Assembly (NCBI RefSeq): GCF_036321535.1
Contig: NC_087437.1
Location: forward strand, 67,706,001-67,770,000
Source of the DNA: Camelus dromedarius
Taxonomy: Eukaryota
Length of the DNA: 64,000 nt
Direction of reading: 5' to 3'
The notes under the pieces were generated by a model. That model saw only the letters and a program-made list of their open reading frames with translations. It was not told the origin of the DNA and ran no database searches. Positions 1-12,015 of this stretch are shown here, one piece after another; within the stretch, counting starts at the first letter, position 1, and each line of letters begins with the position of its first letter. A program made the position numbers and the translations under genes.

Positions 1-2000
1 TCTCCCCAAAGAAATATCTTTCTGTGGAACAAAGTGCAGGGATATTTAAGCTTAAAGATGCTCTCAGAAACATTGGAGATTTCGGTAGTAAAAAATCTAG
101 AGGCAGGTGGTGGCTTCATGAGAACCACAACTAAACCATAGTGCAGCTTGTTTACTAGAGAGAACCATGGCGAGAGAGGGCTACGAGTACCCTTCTTTAG
201 GATCAGGACAGATCTCAAAGACTGGCCTGAAAAATTGTCCCTGTAAAGGCACCCAGATTTACTTAGATCGGGTTGTGGAATGTTTATGCCCCAGGGAATT
301 ATTGAAACAATAGAGCAATCAGCTGGAAACTAACAGAGCTCTTTTATCTTAGGTTGACTGTGTATATGGTCAAGGCTGCTCCCTTTGAGGAGTGACGCTT
401 GAGGCCTGGCAGCGCAGGAGAAATAGACTTAAGTCCGACGAAGTCACTACACATATAAAAATAAAACAGCAACAGCAACATATCATGGGAGTTTGCTGTA
501 TCCAGAGGTGCTATGTTATCTAAAATGTTCAGTTTTCAACAAGAAATAATGATACGCAAATAAACAGGAAAGAGGGATAAGCAGAAAAATGAAAGTAGGC
601 AACAGAAACTGCTGGTGAAAGGACCCAGATTTGGACTTAACAGATAAGAAAAATTAAAGCTGTCATTATAAATATGTTTAAAGAACTAAAGAAAATTGTG
701 TTTAAAGAAGTAAAAGATTGTATGATGACAATGTTTCATTTAACAGAAAATATCAATAAAGAGATACAATTACTAAATTATTTTTAGAAAGAAATCCAAG
801 TGAAAATTGGAAAGTACCCTAACTGAAATAAAAAATTCTCTAGAGGAGATGAACATTAGATTTAAATGGCAGAATAAAGAGTAGGGGAACTTGAAGACAG
901 ATCAATAGAGATTATAGAATACAAAAAATTGAGAGGAAAAAGAATGAGCAAAAACTAACAGAGCCTTGGAAAATATGAGACACCATTAAATACATCAACA
1001 CATGTGTAACAAGAGTGCCAGAAGAGGAGAAAGAGAAAAGAACAGAAAAGAGCAGAATAATTATTTGAAGAAATGACATCTGGAATCTTTTTGAACTTGT
1101 GATAAATATTAATTTACACATCCAGGACGCTCAATGAACTCCAAGTAGGATATAGACAAAAAGATCCTCATGGAGATACTTTATAATAAAAATGTTGAAA
1201 GACAAAGACAAAGAGAATATTTTTAATATTTTGAAAGCAAGAACTTATCATGTTGCTTGTCATGTAATATTAACAGATTTCTTACCGGAAACAATGGAGA
1301 AGAGAGTAGGGTAATGTATTCAAAGTGCTGAAATTGCAAAAAAAGACAGAAAAATAAACCAAAAATGCTCAACCAATAATCTAATATCCAGCAAAACTGT
1401 CAAAAATGAAGGTGAAATTAGGACTTTCCCAAGTAAATTTTTTAAAAAGCAGTTTATTTTAAAGAGATCTACCTTATAAGAAACACCAAAACTAGTTTTT
1501 GGTCTAAAAGCAAATGACTCCAGACTTTAATTTGAATCTACATAAAAAAATAAAGAACATCAATAAAGGCAATTATATGATAGCATAAATGTATGGTTTT
1601 CCTTTTCTTTCCTTAACGCATTTTAAAAATCAATTATATAAGACCATATTTATATTTTTAAATAATTAATGAATAATATCATTACAGATATATTTAACAA
1701 TAATGGCACAAAGAGTAGGAGCAAAGCTGTATTTGAGTAAGGAAATGACACCACATGGTAACTTTAATCCACAGGGACAAATTAAGGGAACCAGAAAAAG
1801 TAATTTAAAAGGTTAATATAATAAACACTATAATTACATACTCTCTTTTCTTTTTCTCTCAAGTTCTTTAAAAAACATAATTATATAAAGTAATCATTAT
1901 AACTAATATTGTTGTGTTAGTAATGTACATTGATATTATATATATAAATGAATAGCACAAAAGGAAGAGAGAATATAGCTATATAGAATTATTATTTTTA
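1..2000 (+). mobile_element. Ancient L1 (L1M-type) 5' region: decayed ORF1 plus inter-ORF spacer
   Basis: A-rich + strand. 1370-1430 (caaccaataatctaatatccagcaaaactgtc...aatgaaggtgaaattaggactttcc) matches the ORF1 C-terminal motif ILYPAKLS..NEGEI.TF. Many stops and frameshifts. Confidence 0.75.
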
Positions 2001-2299
2001 CTGCAGTGAACTATAGAAGTTTGAAAAATTTCTAAGTAACTTTCTAAGTTAATATTTAAAGACAGAATTGACTTTAAATTATTCTAGTTTCTGTATGTTG
2101 ATAAAGCTTCATCCTTAATTAGCATTATTAAAGTAATTACATTAAAAAAAGGCAGAAATGTATACCAGTTCTCTCTCTGATTGGAGGATGTCATATCATA
2201 GTACTTTTTTGGAAAGTAGAAACATTTTATTCTGTCCCTTGAAAGATGACATCAGAATCTGAAGATAAAGAGACGTGTTTATTTTTTTCCCTTTGGCAG

Positions 2300-2454
2300 T
2301 TTATTTGTTCTACCAATTGATACAAGAGGATGAAGCATAAAGGAAATGTTTTCCACCAGGAACAAAGCTGGAGGAACATTTACTCTGAGCTACACTGAAA
2401 CAGGGATGGTTTAAAGCAAACTGTTGAAGGTGCTTTAGATACAAAGTCAAATAG
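2300..2454 (+). pseudogene. Candidate decayed exon A (155 nt) of an unidentified gene
   Basis: Acceptor tttttttccctttggcag|, donor AG|GTAAGT. Frame 0 reads FICSTN*YKRMKHKGNVFHQEQSWRNIYSELH*NRDGLKQTVEGALDTKSN and ends in phase 2. Confidence 0.4.
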
Positions 2455-2584
2455 GTAAGTAGATAGATCCTTACATTTACATTTGAAGGTAAATATATGA
2501 CTTCTTTAAAGAGGAAGAATGTGTTATAAGTTAATAGGTAGAAAATAGTTTAGAAAAACACTTGTGATATTTTATTTCTTTAAA

Positions 2585-2771
2585 TATTTTTTGTTTTTAT
2601 TGTGCTAAGAATGCTTAACATGAGATCTACCTTTTTGACAAATTTTTTAGTGCACTGTGCAGTATTATTAACTGTACTACTAGGTCTATTGTTGGCACAG
2701 TGTTGTACATAGATCTTTAGAACTTATTCATCATGTAAACCATATACCTGTTGAACAGCAACTTCTCATTT
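2585..2771 (-). mobile_element. L1MA-type 3' end fragment
   Basis: cttaacatgagatctacc...tgttgtacatagatctttagaacttattcatc is the reverse complement of an L1MA 3' UTR terminus. Confidence 0.75.
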
Positions 2772-2848
2772 ATTGGCTTGCTCTAAAATACTTCTCCGAA
2801 AGTTTTGTCTGGTTTAAGGTAAACATCACTCAATTTTGACTTCTTTAG

Positions 2849-3006
2849 AGAGGAAGAGATTTTTAGAGAGGAAGCTATATTTGAATCTTAAAGGTATTGG
2901 CAATCCATGACCATACGTGCCCAATTTCTGTAGAGAAGCTTTGTTCTCAAGGAAAACAATGCCATACAGACATGCTGCTACCTGGTAACAGAACTGAATA
3001 AAACAG
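2849..3006 (+). pseudogene. Candidate decayed exon B (158 nt; alternative acceptor at 2867)
   Basis: Acceptor ttttgacttctttag|, donor CAG|GTAAGG. Continuing exon A in phase 2 gives EEEIFREEAIFES*RYWQSMTIRAQFL*RSFVLKENNAIQTCCYLVTELNKT. Confidence 0.38.
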
Positions 3007-3909
3007 GTAAGGTTTTAGAAAGTCAAATTACCACATTGACCCTAAAATTATGAAAGAATGACAGACAGCATGCTTTCCTTTTTCTTGGCTTCATGGTAAG
3101 TTACCATTTAAAAAAAAAATTTTGAACCTAGCATTTGATATCAGTGTTTATCTAAAATTTTTTCAAAGGGAGCCACACTTTGCAACATCATAAGTTTTCA
3201 TGCTTGTCACATTGAGATCTTCTGTATCCGAGGCAGCAAGTCAATTTCAATTGAGAGTGAGTGAACCACACCAGAGTGGTGACAATAGAAAGGAGTTAAA
3301 GAACTGGTGGGAAATTTGACCTTTACTTTTGCATGATGGCCTGGTTACTCTTTTCTATTTTATTAGAGTTTCAGTCATGGAAATTTATAGTCTTCTTGCT
3401 ACTCATTAACAATTTTAATCTAATATTCATTGTTTAACAATATAAGGAAATAAAATGACTCTGGATTAGATTTGTTCAGTATCATTATGTGTTACTTGGA
3501 TTTCATAAACTTTAGAGACTGATATTTCCTTTAGACAGTACCCATATTAAAATTAACTAACAGTTTCCATCTTATAAATACAGAAGCATAAAGTTTTCAA
3601 GAAGGCTTTTGCTATTTTAATTGGCTCAAACACTTGGGTTTGTGTCATTAATATCCCTATTTCCAACCTGTGAGTTGACTAGCAAAAGTGTTGTAAGTGA
3701 ATCAAGTCCACAGATACAGAGTAACCATTGCAAATCTGATTTACCTACCTGGGAATATTTGACTTTAAATCACAGTATGTTTTCCTCTCCTTATGCCGTT
3801 GGGCGTTGAAGCTGATATACTTCTCTCATTCTTGGCAAACAAGAGGGTATCTTTTTGAGTAAGTATACATTCTCCTGTGTCCTTGGAGTAGAAATGAAGC
3901 AACACTGTA

Positions 3910-4345
3910 TTGCAGTGTGGTATTGTGCAAAGAGGCTTGGATTTGGGGTTAAATATTCCCTCAAAAGATGAAGATGAATATATGTCCCCAAATAATCAAT
4001 AGCTGGACTCTTAACTCTATTACTTGGGAAATGTAAGTTCGAGAAAGTTACTTAGCATTTTAAGCCTATTTACTTATCTGTTAAATGGTAAAAATACTGA
4101 CTTCATAGGGTTATTTGGAAGAATAAATGACATAAATGCGTATAAAAAAATGACCATGTATGTGTTTAACAAATGTTTGGTAATATTATATTCCTTTTTT
4201 TAAAATGTGCAACTTATTTACATCGTTATCTTGAGAAATTACAGTAACTTGTCAGATACTCAATTTGCTTATATGCAAAATTTAGGTAGTAATATTAAAC
4301 CATTGTGAGAAGGTTTAATTAAATAACATTTGAGCATATTTTATA
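3910..4345 (+). mobile_element. MIR SINE fragments
   Basis: MIR core aaagttacttagc...tatctgttaaatgg...cttcatagggttatttggaagaataaatga, with a second partial core at ~4240-4345. Confidence 0.65.
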
Positions 4346-4409
4346 AATGAAAAAAAATCTGTGTTAATTCTGAAGATGTCTTACTGCAGTGTCTCAGTTG
4401 AAATCATGA

Positions 4410-4680
4410 TGATAATAATAACTGACATTTATTAAATATTTATTTTCTTTGTACCATTGCAAATACTGTATATACTTTAATTCATGTAATGCTTGCAACA
4501 AACCTATACATTTGTTTAGTTTAGAATATATTGATCTATAATTTAGGTATTACTATTAAATCCCCAATTTTACATATTAGGAAAACTGAGTTACAGAAAT
4601 GTCATAAACTAGTAAGAGTGTAAGCCAGGAGTCTATATGAGGGTATCTATTTAAACTCAGGTATTACATCTGGTTATAGG
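4410..4680 (-). mobile_element. MIR SINE
   Basis: Reverse MIR core: tccccaattttacatattaggaaaactgagttacaga. Confidence 0.7.
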
Positions 4681-5461
4681 ACTGTCTCCTTCTGATAATG
4701 TGGTGGGGGGGTAGTTGACTTCAAATTTAAAGAGTGGGAAAATGGAAGAAATAGAAAACAAAATGTGCAATGTGGGTAAAAGTAATAGAAAAGAAAATAA
4801 TTACCAAATCATAATGAGAGAGAAAAAAGCTAAACCAGAATATTTATTATGTGCTTATTTTCCTCAAAATTAGTACAGCAGGTAAGAGTAATGAAGTATA
4901 CTACTGTCTTGCCATCTAGCTGAAAAGACAAGCTGAAAACATGAAATAATTAGAGATGGTATAAAATCATATATTTAAGTACTAGATATAATTATATATG
5001 TGTGTGGGAGATTGAAACAAGTTAAATATTTTCCCTCATTCTTTTCTTTATTTTTCAAAAGTTTCATCTGTAAAGATCTAAAAGGAAAGTTGCTATTGTA
5101 CAAACAGCTCCAAGAAATGTTTAAGACACTGTTTCTAACTAAAAGTGAGGGTACTGGTAATTGGAGGAGAGGGTCAAGTTGACAGGTGTTTCCTCAGACA
5201 TTCCAAGATATACTTCAGTGACAGAATATTCAGAACTGAAGAACAGAAGTTATAACACTAAAGAAACCAAGTATTTTAATGCAATATTTAAGGACAAAAT
5301 AATAATAATAAGTCTCTTTCTCTAAAGACTGTTCAAAAAAGATGAAAGGGGAGGACAGTCAAATCTTCTTCTTCTTCCCCTGACCCCAGGTCATTTTTAA
5401 AAATTCGCACACTAGGTATCAAATCAAATGCAAGCCAGTTTAGTTCCTGAGCACTTCTATA

Positions 5462-5538
5462 GCAGTGTTTTCAATGCAGAATCTATGTTTTTTCATTGCC
5501 AAAATCATCTAGGGTGCTTATTAAAAACATAGATTCTT
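5462..5538. mobile_element. MER5-like hAT-Charlie fragment interrupted by an L1
   Basis: cagtgttttcaa terminus and aatcatctagggtgcttattaaaaacatagattc motif. Confidence 0.5.
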
Positions 5539-6457
5539 TTTCTCAAATGGCCAACAGATACATGAAAAGGTGCTCAACATCATTAATCATCAAGGAAATG
5601 CAAATCAAAACCACAATGAGAGATCACCTCACACCTATTAGAATGGCCATCATCAAAAAAAAAAAAAAAAACCAAGAGATAGCAAGCATTGGCAAGGATA
5701 TGGAGAAAAGAGAACCCTTGTGCACTGTTGGTGGGAATGTAAATTGGTATAGCCACTGTGGAAAACAGTATGACGGTTTCTCAAAAATTAAAAAAACAGA
5801 ACTATGATATAATCCAGAAATCCCACTTCTGGGAATGTACCCAAAGGAAATGAACGTAAGATCTCAAAGAGATATCTATATGCTCATGTTCATTTCAGCC
5901 AAGATATGGAAACAACCTAAGTGCCCATCTATAGATGAATGGATGAAGAAAATATGATTATATATTATTCAGCCCTGAAAAAAAAGGGAAATCCTACCTT
6001 TTGCAACAACATAGGTGGACCTTGGGGGAATTATGCTAAGTAAAGTTAAGTCAGAGAGAGAAAGACAAATACTATATGATATCACTTCTATGTGGAATCA
6101 AGAAAAATGAACTCAGAAACTGAGAGTAGATGGTTGTTGCTCTGCGTGTAGGGGAAATGGAAAGATGTTGGTCAGTGGGAAGAAACTTCAGGTTATAAGG
6201 TGAATAAGTTCTGGGGATTTAATTTACATCATGGTGACTATGGTTAACAATGTGGTATTATATACTTGAAAGTTGCTTAGAAATTAGATTTTAAGTATTC
6301 TTACCAGATAAATAGAAATTGTAATTATGTGAGGTGATGGAGGTTTTAACTAACCTTACTGTGGTAATTTCATGATATGTAAGTGTATCAAATCATCGTA
6401 TTGAACATCCTAAACTTATATAACATTATATGTTAAGTATATCTCAATAAAGCTAGA
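5539..6457 (+). mobile_element. 5'-truncated L1 (L1MA9-like): ORF2 C-terminus plus 3' UTR, with a 16-bp TSD
   Basis: ORF 5496..5807 encodes the L1 ORF2 C-terminal Cys-rich region ([31 protein letters not shown]...HCGK). Ends tcaataaagctag-A tail. TSD aaaaacatagattctt (5523-5538) / aaaaatatagattctt (6458-6473), 15/16 identical. Confidence 0.92.
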
Positions 6458-7119
6458 AAAAATATAGATTCTTATTGATACTGCCAGTTCTCATGAACTA
6501 CCTCAATTTCTTGGATTCATCTTAAATCATTTCATTTCTGTTAGTTGCACCTGGGAGTCTGTGTCATAATTACCAGGGATACCAGGGATTCATAAATTTC
6601 AGAACTCTAATCTGGGTCTCTGTGAAAGTCAAATTGCTAAAATTTTCTTTAGACGAATCAGCTGACATATACTTACCTATAGCTGTGGGGGTAAGTTGAA
6701 ATATATCCAAGATTGGAGGATAAAGAAAAGATTTAATTTATCCATTACATTCAGAAATAGCCATTGCTATGACAGGGCAGGACAAGGAGCACATCACGAC
6801 TCTTGGCACTTCTGGTGAATGAAATGATACATGAGATTGCAGGCACTGTGGTTTTGGACTGAGTACCCACGTGCCTATAAATGGTAACATTTCCCCAATT
6901 CTCAACCTGCTGGCCCAAGCAGTATGGCTAAGCATCCCCCAGTTTCTTGATTTTGTGAATGCATCCTTACTCTGAAGTGCAGAGAGCCTAAATTGGTTAA
7001 AATCAAGAAAACATTTCTTAACTGATTCTTAGGCTGTTCTTGTCACCTCCTGTAAGAACCGTGTAAAACCCTCCTGTAATCAGCAATGTGATCGTAAAGT
7101 GCTTGAAAAAATAAAGACA

Positions 7120-7355
7120 GTGATAGTAACATATTGAGCGTTAACTATGTAGTGGGCACTGTGTTAAGCATTCTTGCATAGTCCTCACAGCAACCCTATG
7201 GAGCTAATATTATACTCATTATACAGATGGGAAAACTGAGGCCAGGGAGGTTAGGTAATTTGTCAAAGGCATTTAACTGATTAGTCGCAGCCCAGATATG
7301 AAAATCCAAGTAATCTAGTTCCTCAGCCAGTGCTTTGAACCACCATACCATATTG
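7120..7355 (-). mobile_element. MIR SINE, near full length
   Basis: taacatattgagcg...ggcactgtgttaagc...ttatacagatgggaaaactgaggcc...ggttaggtaatttgtcaaag. Confidence 0.85.
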
Positions 7356-7463
7356 ACTGTTTAATAAAATATAAATAAATACAGCTAAAAATTACATAAA
7401 CTTGTGAAGAGAAGAGTTCAGTGTGTGCCACCAAAGGAGAAACTACTGAGAATACATAAATAG

Positions 7464-8003
7464 TGTGGAAATAAACGAAGCTTACCCAAGTGGAAAGAGC
7501 AGAGGTTATTTATACTGAGCTTGCACTAGCAAGAAGTCAGCCACCATCACTTGTCTTTGTCAGAGACTCAGGCAGAGGGGTGGGAAACCTTACAGTGGAT
7601 GAAAGGGGAGGTTTCTGGTGTGCCCTGACTGAGGCTGTTGGCAAGGGAAAACTCTAAGCAGAAGAACTAGAAACAGATCATCCTTTGTGATTTGTTAGGG
7701 GTACATATTTGACTTTCTCTGGTTGATTCTAAGTTGGAAGTGGGGACAAAAATTATGGAAGCTGTCAGTTATCAATCAAATCCTGGCCATTTGGGGCTGA
7801 TTGACACAGAAGTCATTATTTAGCTTCATGGACTGCTACTAGACGTAGCGGTCTGTGTTCCTGCAAGTCAGACCTAAAGCAAGCTAGCTTCCCAGTTGTT
7901 TATTACATGGGCTGGTTTTCTAGGAGGGCTGCTGCAGGTTTGTGGAACAAAATTCTGTTTTTATATATGGTCTGACCATTGACCATTTGTGTACGTAACT
8001 TCA
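7464..8003 (-). mobile_element. Solo ERV1 LTR, MER89-like
   Basis: TG...CA bounded, ~540 bp. Motifs tgtggaaataaacgaag, ggggacaaaaatta.ggaagctgtcagtta and tatatatggtctg.ccattg match the recalled MER89 consensus in reverse. Confidence 0.8.
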
Positions 8004-8219
8004 ATCAATTTGAACATAAAATGTAAAACTCCCTTTTCTATGGAAAAAAAAAACCAGAATGAACAAAATTGAGATTGAACACTAAACTGAAAAAGATAAT
8101 TATGAAGTATATTAATATATGTTAACATACTTACCATACAAAGAGTTTTAACAGCCATAGTTAAACATCTCAGTGGAAAAAGTAATCTCGGCAATAACAG
8201 ATAACTTGAGAAAGAAGAA

Positions 8220-8780
8220 ACTGTATTTAACTTCCAAAATGCAAATAAAATGAGATTTAATTTTTAGCTTACTACATTGACAAATATTAAAATGACTGAC
8301 AAAACTGAGTGACAGCATGAGTTGGAAGAAACAGACATTCTGATACACTGCTAATGGTAGTCTAAATTGGTCCAACTTTCCTGAAAGGCAATTTGGCAAC
8401 TGTATCAAATTCCTTGAACATATGCCTTCCTTTTGGGCCAGCAACACTCTTCTAGGAATTTGTCCTAAGAAATAATGAGGCAAATACACAAATTATGAAG
8501 GAAGAAGGATGAACTTAAAACAGTGTATGAGTCCAACAATAATGAATTCATTATACGTTATATGTAATCCTTAAAATGGAAGTGCAGAAATATATTAAGT
8601 GATATGGAAAGTTATATGTGAGGTGTTAAATTAGCATAATATATTTGAGAAAACAATCTGGAAGAATTTTTAGAAAACATAAACGCTAACAACTGTCTTT
8701 GAATTGATCATGGGGTTTAAAATGTTTTAGTAGTATTATCTTTGTTTATCTGTTATTTCTAATTTTCAGCAATGAATATT
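8220..8780 (+). mobile_element. L1ME-type 3' fragment
   Basis: aatgcaaataaaatgaga...tacactgctaatggtagtctaaattgg...ggcaatttggcaac...cactcttctaggaattt. Confidence 0.75.
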
Positions 8781-9336
8781 GCTCAAGAATAGCATTAGTG
8801 CTTTTAGTACTCAAAACTGTAAAAATGAAGAAATAGATAGTTCACAATCTCTCCACCTACAAAATACCTATAGACATTTAAAAAAAGTATTCCATGCACA
8901 TTATTAGAATATACAAATAATTGTTCAGAAAGTTTATTAATGAGTCTCAGAGTTTTTTGTCCTCTGCTCCCCTGGCCCTCCCCCAAAGATAATTATTATT
9001 AAGAAAATTTTATGTACTGTTTGGTCATATTTTTAAGGGGGAAAATAGTCCATCTATCAAAAAGGAGGAAAAAAATGAACCATTTCTAGCCTGATGTTAG
9101 CTGGCTCAGGAAATAAATCCCACCTTCTCTTTTTCTTTAGCTCTTGTCTGAATTCCCAAGTTTCCAATTCATTGGCTTCATATTAGGATGATCCAAATTA
9201 TACCTTACAATCTGTATTAGAATATATAGCTTTTTATGTCTTTCGGTTCAGATGCCCATCTTTCTCTTCCACTCATATTGCTTTTAAGAAGGCGCAGCAT
9301 TTCCTGTATACTGACTATATATTCATTTTGTTGTAG

Positions 9337-9743
9337 ACCCGATGCACAGTTCCATCACTTTGCAGATTATCCATGATGCTAAAAATTCTTCCCACACTTG
9401 AATTTGACACAGGAATTGAAAGAGAAAACTAAACCCATTTAAACAAATTTAGAGCTACAGTTTTTGTGCTAAAAACAAGTTTTGATTTTTTTTTTAGTGT
9501 TGTTTCCTCAAGAGAAATGATCATCTCGTGTCCAAAGCACAGACTTTCTCATAAAGAGAATTTGAAGTGGGCTTTTATTTTCATGATGAAAACATTCAGA
9601 TATGAATTACTTCATCAAAAGAAGGAGATGACTCATGATTAGGCAAACACAAAGCACCCAAAGCAATATATGGTGGATTTTCCAAAAGAAATTACTTCTG
9701 TCTATATATGAGAGCTCTTGTATTCATATTTAATTCTTCACAG
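9337..9743 (+). pseudogene. Candidate decayed exon C (407 nt)
   Basis: Branch-point-like CTGAC at 9311, acceptor cattttgttgtag|, donor CAG|GTAAAT. One frame has only 3 stops in 135 codons (TRCTVPSLCRLSMMLKILPTLEFDTGIEREN*...ELLYSYLILH) and ends in phase 2. Confidence 0.42.
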
Positions 9744-9839
9744 GTAAATTTACCGACTACACAAACTGGTAAATAGTTATTTTGCAATGGGTATAAAGTG
9801 CCTACTGAAAAACTCAATATTGATTTTTTTTTTCTTCAG

Positions 9840-9924
9840 AAATTTTGGAACTAAATTAAAGAGGAAAGTCTTGACTGATGGCAGATTTAGTTTAATAAAG
9901 TTTCCAAATACTCTTTACCTTAAA
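9840..9924 (+). pseudogene. Candidate exon D (85 nt, stop-free)
   Basis: Acceptor ttttttttttcttcag|, donor AAA|GTGAGT. Phase-2 start matches exon C across a 96-nt intron and reads (R)NFGTKLKRKVLTDGRFSLIKFPNTLYLK. Confidence 0.45.
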
Positions 9925-11024
9925 GTGAGTTGCAAATATCAGAGCTAAACAAGAATCCAAGAGCTGCCGGTTAACATGAAGAAAGTTCTGTAGTTCTGCT
10001 GTACAGTTGCATGTGTCCTCAGGGCATGACTTCGGACTGGGAGGTTTGGCCTCTTACGCTGCATTATAAAGAGGCACCACTGCATTGATTCAACGCTCAG
10101 AGACTCATGGCCAGTCAGCTCAGTTGTACAAAATGCCCTCGGCTTTGACTGGAAAATCTGAACCTCAGCTCTTCAATAATCTCTGTAGCTCCTGCTGTAT
10201 ACTGCCATGCCTGTCACTCCTGTGCCCTGGGTTCTTGACATACATGTGACCCAGAGTGAGGTGCTCGTAGGTGGGAGGTGCTTTCCCTAGTTTACAAAGG
10301 ACAGACATCTTGCACAATATACAGATATCACATTTAACAGGGCTTATTAAAAACCGTTACTCCCACTACCAGGACTCCATTGGAAGTAATCTCTTTCAGG
10401 ACTGTTTTGGCTTCAAATATGTCGACCCCTGTGACTGTTCCTAGTTCTGATTATCTTTTGAAGATCTGGAGTACTGACTTACGGAAATCAGTCTTCTGAA
10501 GACTACAACCTCATGAATATCCAGAAGATATACCATCTACCATCACTTTTTTCCTCAGTGGATTGCTAAATCACCATGGTCTGGTACCAGCTTATGTCTT
10601 GATTTGGCAGCACTGCATAAGATCTTGAAGTTGCTGTCTTTCATTTCTTATTCTTTTATTGATGGGATAACTATCTACTAAGACCTGGAAGAGTATCTCT
10701 CTTATACTTCTTATCAATAAAACACCTTTCCATAGTTTAGACCAGTATAATAATTCACTATCTTTCCTTAAGAATTGACCTTTTCAAAATATTACAGCTG
10801 TTTTTGCCATTATAGTAGATGAGTTGCATGGAGTATATGCTGAACAATCCAGTGGACAGCATTTGCTTTACAATACGAGTGTCACCCCTGGAGCTGAGCA
10901 ATATGGTACTCTCACTGAACACAGAAATGTCACATCTCACCCAAACACAGATGGTCAGAGAAGGTATCCCAGAAATAATATAAAGGGACCCTTCTGACAA
11001 GTCCCAGTCTGACTTAGATTCCTA

Positions 11025-11200
11025 TTATTTTCCTATTTATGGTACTATCACACTGTGGTATAATTGCTTATTTTATTTCTTTGTCTCTTCAACTTACCAT
11101 GGGTTTCATAAAGACAGAAATTACTCACATTTTATAACCAAGCAATAGAAAAGTGCCTTGTACATTTGAAGACAATTTGTTAAAAAAAAATAGACTAAAA
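11025..11200 (+). mobile_element. L2 3' end fragment
   Basis: actatcacactgtggtataattgcttatttt...agtgccttgtacat resembles the L2 terminus. Confidence 0.55.
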
Positions 11201-11861
11201 GACATTCAATGATGTGCCAAATAGAAAGAAAAGGAGGTAACTCGGGAAAATGAGATTCAAATGCTAGGTGTAATGTAATTGTTGCCCCAGAAAAAAATTG
11301 TGTGCTTATGTCAGTATCTATAGGTATATATCTTGGAGTTGTTAAAGATGAAAAAGGCCATAAATCATCAGTTTCAAATCTAGCTACCTTCTCCAAGTGC
11401 ACCCACCACATTTTCCATAGCTCTTTTACGTGCTTAGCACACTGTTACTGCCACTCTCTCTAATCCCATCAATACACCCCATGAACCAAAGCAGAACAAT
11501 ACACAATGAAAATTGTGATGAGCACTAGTAACAGCATGGTAGCGCTAGTGCCTAGATCTGCTCTATGGGCATATAGCAAAGGGTTATGCATATGAACTTG
11601 ACTTTCATCTAGAAATGAAGAGACCCTTGCTGGGGAAATCTAGAGACACTCTATTCTTGCCCTCAGAGGTATGAATGTCCCCTAGGGAAAGTGAGGGAGG
11701 AGAAGATAATCTGCATATATTAGCAAAGCCCAAATTAGATAAAGCAAAAGTTCACACTCAGTTGGTACTGTTAAATCCTCAGGACCAACTTTACCTACAA
11801 CTTCAAGAAAAATACAGATCACTATAGCTTCATGTTAGTCAGCTTCAGAAATGAGTCTAGA

Positions 11862-12015
11862 TTTTATTTTTATTTTATTTGACTTTTTGTACTGAAATAG
11901 AGTTGGTGTACAATATTATGTAAGTTATATGTGTACAACATTGTGATTCACAATTTTAAACATTATACTCCATTTATGGTTATATAAAATATTGGCTATA
12001 TTCCCTGTGTTGTAC
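11862..12015 (-). mobile_element. Short cetartiodactyl-type L1 3' end
   Basis: T-rich tail followed by gtacaacattgtgattcacaattttaaacattatactccattta...aaaatattggctatattccctgtgttgtac. Confidence 0.8.

Noticed and set aside
2849..9743. Loose remembered resemblance of the exon B and C peptides to N-terminal segments of DDX60-family proteins
   Set aside because: Only a few scattered identities recalled from memory, far too weak to assign without a search.
10495..10545. Ubiquitin-like nucleotide words (gactacaac...atccagaag)
   Set aside because: Spacing and flanks do not match ubiquitin; chance similarity.
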